From the NCBI RefSeq assembly GCF_036971445.1, contig NC_091471.1, forward strand, positions 241,676,001 to 241,740,000: a stretch of 64,000 nt of DNA, read 5' to 3'. Of this stretch, positions 57,201 to 64,000 are shown in pieces. The notes under the pieces were generated by a model. That model searched no databases and was not told the DNA's origin. It worked only from the letters and a program-made list of their open reading frames with translations. Positions within the stretch are counted from its first letter, which is position 1. Each line of letters starts with the position of its first letter. This stretch comes from Narcine bancroftii. Taxonomy: Eukaryota. The position numbers were made by a program, and so were the translations under genes.

Positions 57201-60200
57201 CAGCAGTGTGGACTCGATATTTGCCCATTAAATATATAGAACTATTTTTCCCCATACTTAAAAGGTGGAGCCACCAGTTTTGCTGAACTCCATAGTTCTT
57301 CCTGACTAGCTACCTCTCCTTTTGGATATAAATTTGAGTCCAACAATTCGTGTATTTTTTTTTTTTTGCAGAACAGCATTTGAGAAAATTCCGACTTTGT
57401 GTAATTTTTGGTGTGAGGTACAGCTGATGCAAGAAATTGTACAATATTTGGTATTGATGACTCTAGTCACTGTCCATCACTCTTCATTGATTATTGTTCC
57501 CAAGTCAAACTCCCATCTCTTCCTTGACTGTGCAAGTTGAGCTTGCTTGTCAGAGGCTGTTTGAGTTGCATGGTATGAAGAGTATTTGTGTAGCAGTGGG
57601 AGCTCGTCCCGACGACTACCCTTCAGCTATGAAGTCCCAAGTCTATATATTACCACAACAAATGTGAAACTTCATGCAGTATGTTTCCACCCACATATTA
57701 CAAACATAGAAGATAGGAGCAGGAGTAGGTCATTCGACCCTTCGAGCCTGCTCCGCCATTCAACAAGATCATGGCTGATCTTAAAGTTCAGTACCCCGTC
57801 CCCGCCTTCTCTCCGTTACCCTTATACTGAAGAAATATATCTAATTCCCTCTTAAATATATTTAATGAACCTGCCTCTACTGCCCTCTGTGGCAATGAAT
57901 TCCACAGATTCACCACCCTCTGGGTCAAGAAGTTCCTCCTCATCTCGGTCCTAAATGGTTTGCCTATTATCCTCAAACCATGGCCCCGGGTTCTGGATTT
58001 TCCCATCCTTGGAAACATCCCATCTGCATCCATTCTGTCCAGTCCTGCCAGAATTTTATATGTCTCTATGAGATCCCCTCTCAATCTTCTAAACTCCAGC
58101 GAGTACAATCCCAATTTGTGCAATCTTTCCTCATAAGTCATTCCTGCCATTCCAGGTATCAGCCTGGTGAATCGCCTCTGCACTCCCTCCATTGCAAGAA
58201 CATCCTTCCTTAGATAAGGTGACCAAAACTGCACACAATATTCCAGGTGGGGTCTCACCAAGGCCCTGTACAGCTGTAGTAAGGTATCCTTGTTCCTATA
58301 CTCAAACCCTCTTGATATGAAGGCCAACATACCATTTGCCTTTTTAACCGCCTGCTGTACCTGCATGCTCGCCTTCAGAGACTGGTGTACAAGTACCCCT
58401 AGGTCTCTCTGCACTTCCCCATCTCTTAATCTATTACCATTCAAATAGTAATCTGCCCTCTGGTTTGTATTACCAAAGTGGATAACCTCACATTTATCCA
58501 CATTGTAGTGCATTTGTCATGTATCTGCCCAGTCCCTCAATTTATCCAAATCACACTGGAGCTTCCTGACCCCCACTTCCGTGCACACAACCCCTCCTAG
58601 CTTAGTGTCATCTGCAAATTTGGAGATATTACATCCAATCCCCTCATCCAGATCATTAATGTAAATTGTGAACAGCTGGGGTCCCAGTACAGATCCCTGT
58701 GGCACCCCACTGGTCACCGCCTGCCCCTCAGAAAATGAGCCATTTATCCCAACTCTCTGTCTTCTACCTGCCAGCCAGTTCTCAATCCACATCAATACTT
58801 TGCCCCCAATCCCATGAGCCTTGATTTTGTAAGCCAGTCATTTATGCGGGACCTTATTGAAGGCCTTTTGGAAGTCCAGGTACACCACATCCACTGGCTC
58901 TCCCCCATCTATTTTACCTGTCACCATCTCAAAGAATTCCAATAGATTTGTCAAGCACGATTTACCTTTTGTAAATCCATGTCGACTCCGTCCGATCCCT
59001 TCTCTGCTAGTCATATGCTCCGCTATTACATCCTTAATAATGGATTCCATCATTTTGCCCACTACTGATGTAAGGCTCACCGGCCTATAATTCCCCGCTT
59101 TTTCTCTACCCCTCTTTTTAAATATTAGTTTTCATGTTGCTTCAGGATTAGGAATAGACTACAACTTTTGAATGCATACTATAAATACGCATTAACTCTA
59201 GGGGAGGAGGGTGAATCCAAATTTTAGGATCGATAATGAAGTGCTTAAATTGGTAAAAGATTAATTATCACTGGCCTGTTCATTACCAGATAAGGTTACC
59301 TGTTGCTTATTTAGAAAATATTGTTAGTTTCTTCTTTATGAAAACATGCCATTCTTGGTATTTGTATTATCTGTTCGGACTACATAACAAACTTAAATTT
59401 ATTTGTGCTACTGACCAGATTCCTTGTTTGTTCTGTGACTCTTTCAGCTTTGCACCTTTTGAGTCCTATGACTCCAGATCTTCGGTAGATGATCGTGATC
59501 TGTTCAGATCTGGCTTTGATTACAGCGAGTCTGGACCTTATCGCAACGATTCCTATGGAGGTCGTTTTGACCGCTTTGACAACTTCACCAGGCCCCGCAG
59601 GGATTATTTCCGTTACAGAGGGCGTGATGGCTCCAGCAAGTTTCGGGGTCAGAGTTGGTCTCGAGACTGGGTTCCAAATAACAGACCCTTCTGGAATGAA
59701 CCCTTTTCATCAAGTACTGAGCGACTGTCTGCGTGCTGGAATGAGATGTCGATGGGAATGGGTGGCAGGGGCTATGGTGGCCCCTCCAGGAACCCTCCTT
59801 CACTCTTCTCCCAGACCTTCAATTCTGGATATGGGTCATATGGCATGCAAGGAATGGGGAAACAGTTTGGAGGTTTCAGACCACGAAGGAGAGATTGGAA
59901 TCGGGTCAGAGGTGTAAGTAAAATACTTTTATTATTTTATAAGATTACAGGTTAAACAATTCAACTGCGTGAATTTCAGTATGCACTTGAAGAATTCAAA
60001 TTCCAAATCTGCTGCAATCCATTTCTAATTCTTACTTGTTTAAAAATAAAGTAAAGATTATTTGGAAGACAAAAATGGCAAAATATATGGAATGGATGAA
60101 AATAAAGAGAGCATTTGTAGGTGGAATCTATAGTTTACGGAAAAACATTTATTCTGTTAGATAAAAGTTTAAAAGGTCGTGATACAGATTTCAAAATCAT

Positions 60201-63200
60201 TTGTCATTTGAGCATGAAAAATTGGATGAATAATAGGATCTACTTTGCATAGTGGTTTTTGGGAGGATTATAATTTGTTTTGCATTGTGTTTGAGTCATT
60301 GGAAAAATTTCAGTGTATGCACGTGAAATTTGGAATGTTTAACATTCGCTCATCCAACTTCTGTGGCTCCGTAAGCTTTGTACACTTCAGTTAAATTTCA
60401 TCAAAGTGCTTAGGTATATACAACCATTCTCACAAATTAGTGGATGACAGGATAAAGACAAAAGTTTTGACTTGATGAAATGCATGCAAAAATAAGAATT
60501 GAAACAGTGTCTCCATTGAGTTTTAGAAATAGATTACCGGTAGGTTTGAACATTTGCAAGAACCAGAAATTAATCTGGCTCCAAGATTGATTGCTGAGCA
60601 GTGATATCAACGTATTCTGTTCTATGCATCTGAGGAGCATGATCTCTTTTAGTTAACAGAATCAAGGGGAAATGTTGACTAATGCTATAATATCTTTATG
60701 ACAGAGAAGAGGTAGAGGTGGAATAATAGGTGGAATGAAGAGGAAACAATCAACAGGAAGCAATGATGAACCAGACTTCAAAATGTCAAGAACAGACCAG
60801 TCAGATTTGTCAGACAGTGAAGAAGGTAACCTTATTAAAAATTTAATATTGCACCTTCTTCCTTCATGACTTTTCGTTCTTGATAAGGAGTTTAAGTAAC
60901 CCATTTATCATGCAAAAGAGTTACTCAAACATCCTGAATTTCAGGTAGTACTTTCAAGTTGGAGTGATGAGGGTGAAATTTTGAACAATCATGTCTCCCT
61001 CTTGGGTATTGGATTTTAACACTCTTTGGGACTCATTATTTGGAATACAACAAGGTTGGGACTTGGGGAACCTCCCAGGTTGTACAGTATATTTGCCCAT
61101 TAAATATATAGAACTTTTTTTCCCCCATACTTAAAAGGTGGAGCCACCAGTTTTGCTGAACTCCATAGTTCTTCCTGACTAGCTACCTCTCGTTTTGGAT
61201 GCAAATTTGAGTCAGTTTTTTTTTTGCAGAACAACATTTGAGAAAAATCCGTATTAATTTTTTCTTTTTTGGATTCGAGGCAGCTTTTCTGTTGAGTAAA
61301 TTGTTCAGAATGATTGAAGCATTCTCCAGAGCTCTAGATCTATTTTTTACTCAGTAATATTTTTGGTTAATTAGTGTTTTAGCTGATCTGGTTCACATGT
61401 TAATGAGCATGTGATTTGTGTTTTGTATTTAGAAGAGAGGGAAGCACATAATGATGATATTGAAGATGCTGCTGCAGGTGATGCGTCCACTGTGAGTATT
61501 TCTGTCATTGTTGAAGATTGCACTTTGACAAATTTTAAGCATGGAAATGGTTTCAGGATGCAAAAAGATGGGATTCAGAGGTTTATTTTACTTTCAGTAA
61601 AAGTCCAAAAATCCGAATGCCAGAAATCTGGACCACCTGTGGCTCCAGACTCTCAAACTTTTTAAATTTAGTGTGCATGCATGTGCAAGTGCCACAGATG
61701 CATTGCAACAATAAGCAACCATGCTTATACAGGTAATGTTATCACAAAGGAATTAATTTGTATCCTGTATTTTTCTTTTACGATGTTCATTTTAAACATA
61801 ATTTCAAGCATTGCATGCTTTTTTTGGAGTATAAAAGATTATACTTACATTTTTGTCAAATGTTGACTTTATTTTTCATTAAAACTGCTCATTTTGTTAA
61901 ATGAGCATGCTGTATTTGTTAACGAATAATCAAAATTTACCTGTTCATCTCTTCTTCATTCCTCCTTAAATCTGAATGTAAAAGTACTGCCCGAGAATCC
62001 AAACTGACCAAAATCCCCGAACAGTCTGGATTTTAGGACTTTTACTATATGGAGAATCCGTTTAAAGCTCGATTTAATTTCAGGAAATTCCCTTGTGTCT
62101 GCGTCACATTATTAATGTCACTTGGCTACATTACTTGTTGGAATGGCCTGAATGGATATTAATTGGATTATTTTTGTTTTTTAATTTTTTATGAATAAGG
62201 GTGGAATATTTTGACTATTTCCCTTTTGTTTTGGATGTTGTTTCAAATGGTAAAGATGAGGGTGTTTTTTTTTTCATTATTGTTTGTTTTTATTCATCAC
62301 TCATTTACCAAATCTGTACATTTGTTGCCCTTAAGAAGGTGGTGGTGGTGAACCGCCATCTTGAACCACTGCAGACCTTCAGGTGAAGGCATTCCCCTAT
62401 CTCTGTTGGATAAGGAGTTCCAAGGATTAGACTCCATGATGATAAAGGACCGATGATGTCTATTTCCAGGTCATCATGCTGTACAACCTGGAGGGGAATA
62501 TGCGTATGCTGGTTTTCCATCTACTTGACGCTGAGAGCTCCTTTGAGCTTAAGGGTTTAGGATGTGCTGTGGGATTGCTGATGGTGGACTGATGTTTACA
62601 TAAGCAATTGGAGTAGGCCATCCTGCCTGTCACGCCTGCTCCATACTGAGCTAGTTTATGTTTTGTCCTGGATTGTCCGTTGAGAATTGTTTATACCACA
62701 CTTGTCCAGGCAAGTGGAGGGTGTTCCTTCAAATATCTGATTTTTGCCTTGGTCCAATATCTAGTACCGTAGAATTAATTTGGCTTTATTTCTTTGGTAA
62801 TTCAGAGAGGAAATTTAGTTTAATTTTATTATTCTGTACATCATTATTCATGTTGCTGTTTTCAGGTTTTCCAAATGGTAGAGATTTTAAAATTTAAATA
62901 AACTCATCAGATAGCAGTTAGCGCAATGCTATTACAATGGCAGCGACCCGGCTTTGAATCTGACAATGTCTGTAAGGAGTTTGTACGTTCTCTCTGTGAC
63001 CTGCATGGGTTTCCTTCGGGTGCTCCAGTTTCCTCCCACCATTCAAAATATACCAAGGTTAATTGGGTGTAATTGAGCAGCACATGTTTAAGTGGCCAGA
63101 ATTGGCTTGTAACGTGCTGGAAGCAACAACAAAACAAATCCTGGTTCATTTCTCCACCATAAATTTCAATGATTGTGCATCTGAGCCAACATGTTTTTGT

Positions 63201-63509
63201 AAAATCTGGGGTAATTTCTTAGTGTATCATTTAAACTTCTTTATATTTAGAGTGTTGAGGATAAAGATTTAAATGAGAGTCCCGAGAAGGAGAAAAAAGA
63301 AGCTGCCGAGGGTGAAGATGATGAGTCCAAGAAATGTAAGAGTACTGGTTTCCTGTTCATTTTGTTTGTGTGCATCTGATAGAATACCTGTGCCATTAAC
63401 TCGTTTTTTTATTAGCTGGTGACCTACAAGAGGAAACTAGTGACAGTAAAAAGAAGCCATATAACAAGGAGAAACCAAAGAAAAAACAGCGGGATCGTAT
63501 TACACAAAG
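44411..63509 (+). CDS. AKAP8: A-kinase anchor protein 8 / 8-like (AKAP95 family), paralog B; 5' part (8 exons), continues beyond the window
   Basis: Exons 44411-44429, 47287-47325, 48211-48379, 59448-59913, 60705-60825, 61433-61491, 63251-63335, 63416-63509. Phases 1,1,2,0,1,0,1,2 are identical to paralog A. Motifs: [54 protein letters not shown]. Symbol tentative. Confidence 0.88.
45375..45830 (-). mobile_element. Rex1/Babar LINE 3' fragment
   Basis: AAIKDPHQPAHALFSLLPSGKR. Confidence 0.72.
47287..47325 (+). CDS. AKAP8: Paralog B exon 2 (GSYGNWTAESSSA)
   Basis: ttttgtag|...GCAG|gtaaaa; 39 nt; resembles AKAP8 GYGAWSAGPANTQ. Confidence 0.8.
48211..48379 (+). CDS. AKAP8: Paralog B exon 3 ([18 protein letters not shown])
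   Basis: cctcctcag|...GAAAG|gtatct; phase 1-2. Confidence 0.92.
49114..49993. other. Assembly gap
   Basis: Run of N. Confidence 1.
49994..51816 (-). mobile_element. RTE-clade LINE, long RT-containing segment between two gaps
   Basis: NYRGITLLSIAGKIFAR, QCGFR, FVDLTKAFDTV, GVKQGCVLAPTLF, LFADD; one frameshift near 50680. Confidence 0.95.
51817..52180. other. Assembly gap
   Basis: Run of N. Confidence 1.
55860..57400 (-). mobile_element. L1-clade LINE 3' fragment carrying a nested RTE
   Basis: WPCTKMRPFWEDL remnant; similar to 849-1405. Confidence 0.68.
56747..57218 (-). mobile_element. RTE-clade LINE 3' end
   Basis: MGHVSRMEDHRLPKIV...HKRACS; (AAAG)n tail. Confidence 0.92.
57703..59123 (-). 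mobile_element. CR1 LINE, well-preserved RT and 3' end, 5'-truncated
   Basis: SLTSVVGK, HGFTKGKSCLTNL, YLDFQKAF, VPQGSVLGP, FADDTKLGG, RPHLEYCVQFWSP; a few in-frame stops. Confidence 0.95.
59448..59913 (+). CDS. AKAP8: Paralog B exon 4 (FAPFESYDSR...PPSLFSQ...RVRG)
   Basis: ctttcag|...GGT|gtaagt; phase 2-0; colinear with paralog A exon 4. Confidence 0.92.
60705..60825 (+). CDS. AKAP8: Paralog B exon 5 (MKRKQSTGSNDEPDFKMSRTD)
   Basis: atgacag|...GAAG|gtaacc; phase 0-1. Confidence 0.88.
60960..61250. repeat. Local duplicate of 56616-56746 + 57219-57392 (empty-site version)
   Basis: Near-identical sequence without the RTE insertion. Confidence 0.88.
61433..61491 (+). CDS. AKAP8: Paralog B exon 6 (acidic)
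   Basis: gtatttag|...ACT|gtgagt; phase 1-0. Confidence 0.78.
61595..62047. mobile_element. Tigger/pogo-type MITE
   Basis: Terminal inverted repeats CAGTAAAAGTCCAAAAATCC ... GGATTTTAGGACTTTTACTA followed by TA. Confidence 0.72.
62905..63110 (+). mobile_element. tRNA-derived V-SINE (HE1-like)
   Basis: gggtttccttcgggtgctccagtttcctcccac core. Confidence 0.75.
63251..63335 (+). CDS. AKAP8: Paralog B exon 7
   Basis: atatttag|AGT...AAAT|gtaaga; phase 0-1. Confidence 0.8.
63416..63509 (+). CDS. AKAP8: Paralog B exon 8 (KPKKKQRDRITQR)
   Basis: tttattag|...CAAAG|gtaatt; phase 1-2; preceded by an 80-nt intron. Confidence 0.85.
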
Positions 63510-63809
63510 GTAATTAAGTTTTGCATGTTAACAGGCCTTGTACATTAAAATGAAAAGATACTTACCGCCAGAGAACAGCAGGCCACTTTGGCCTATCACG
63601 ACAGCAGCACAATGTGGGATGAATGGCCGTCCTCGTTAACCATAATCCTTCGTGCAACTGTATTTCCCAAAGCGGTTCCAGCTGCGTGAAATGGTCAGCC
63701 ATTCATCCCGCATTGTGCAGCTGTCGCGATGTACCGAAGCGGCCCTGAAGTGAGGGAGTAGGGTGAGCAGGCAGCTGACCTCACGACCGGGGCGGAGAGA
63801 GGGGGCAGG

Positions 63810-64000
63810 CAGGCGACCAATGGACCTACCAGCAGAAGGGGTCGAGCGAACAAGGGACCTACCAACGGAAGGGGGGGCGAGCAAACACTGGTGGAAGGGG
63901 GTGAGCAAGCAACGGACCTACTGGCGGAAGGAGGTGAGCAAACAACGGACCTACTGGCAGGAGGGGCCAAGCGAGCGATGGACCTACTGTCGGAAGAGGG
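63810..64000. repeat. ~33-bp GC-rich minisatellite, about 6 imperfect units, runs off the window
   Basis: Unit ~gagcaaacaacggacctactggcggaagggggt. Confidence 0.85.

Noticed and set aside
59338-59447. 5' extension of paralog B exon 4 (IPCLFCDSF), similar in paralog A
   Set aside because: Paralog A has an in-frame TAG just upstream and the upstream AG is phase-incompatible with exon 3; treated as conserved intron sequence

Overview
Vertebrate genomic DNA, probably from a cartilaginous fish (inferred from the repeat content: V-SINE/HE1-type SINEs, CR1, Rex1/Babar, RTE, Penelope, L1, Gypsy). It has two N-gaps. The main content is an AKAP95-family (AKAP8/AKAP8L) gene cluster. Paralog A (+) is complete, with 13 coding exons from 9085 to 38775, about 686 aa, two AKAP95 zinc fingers, a perfect DYSG x8 coding repeat and an acidic tail with no visible PKA-RII helix. 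Paralog B (+) starts at 44411 and shows 8 exons with identical intron phases before it runs off the window. A probable third paralog, C (-), is visible only as a 19-nt first coding exon (MDSWYS-G|GT) at 6469-6451, head-to-head with A. All three share a CpG island, the same 19-nt first exon and an intron-1 ACAAAATGGCG (YY1-type) motif. Introns hold nested transposons: an RT-less Gypsy carrying a coiled-coil-like cargo, a young RTE LINE family, Penelope terminal repeats with hammerhead-ribozyme-like cores, and a Chapaev3-like remnant. Exon models were derived by hand from splice sites and phase continuity. Comparisons with human proteins are from memory, not from a database search.
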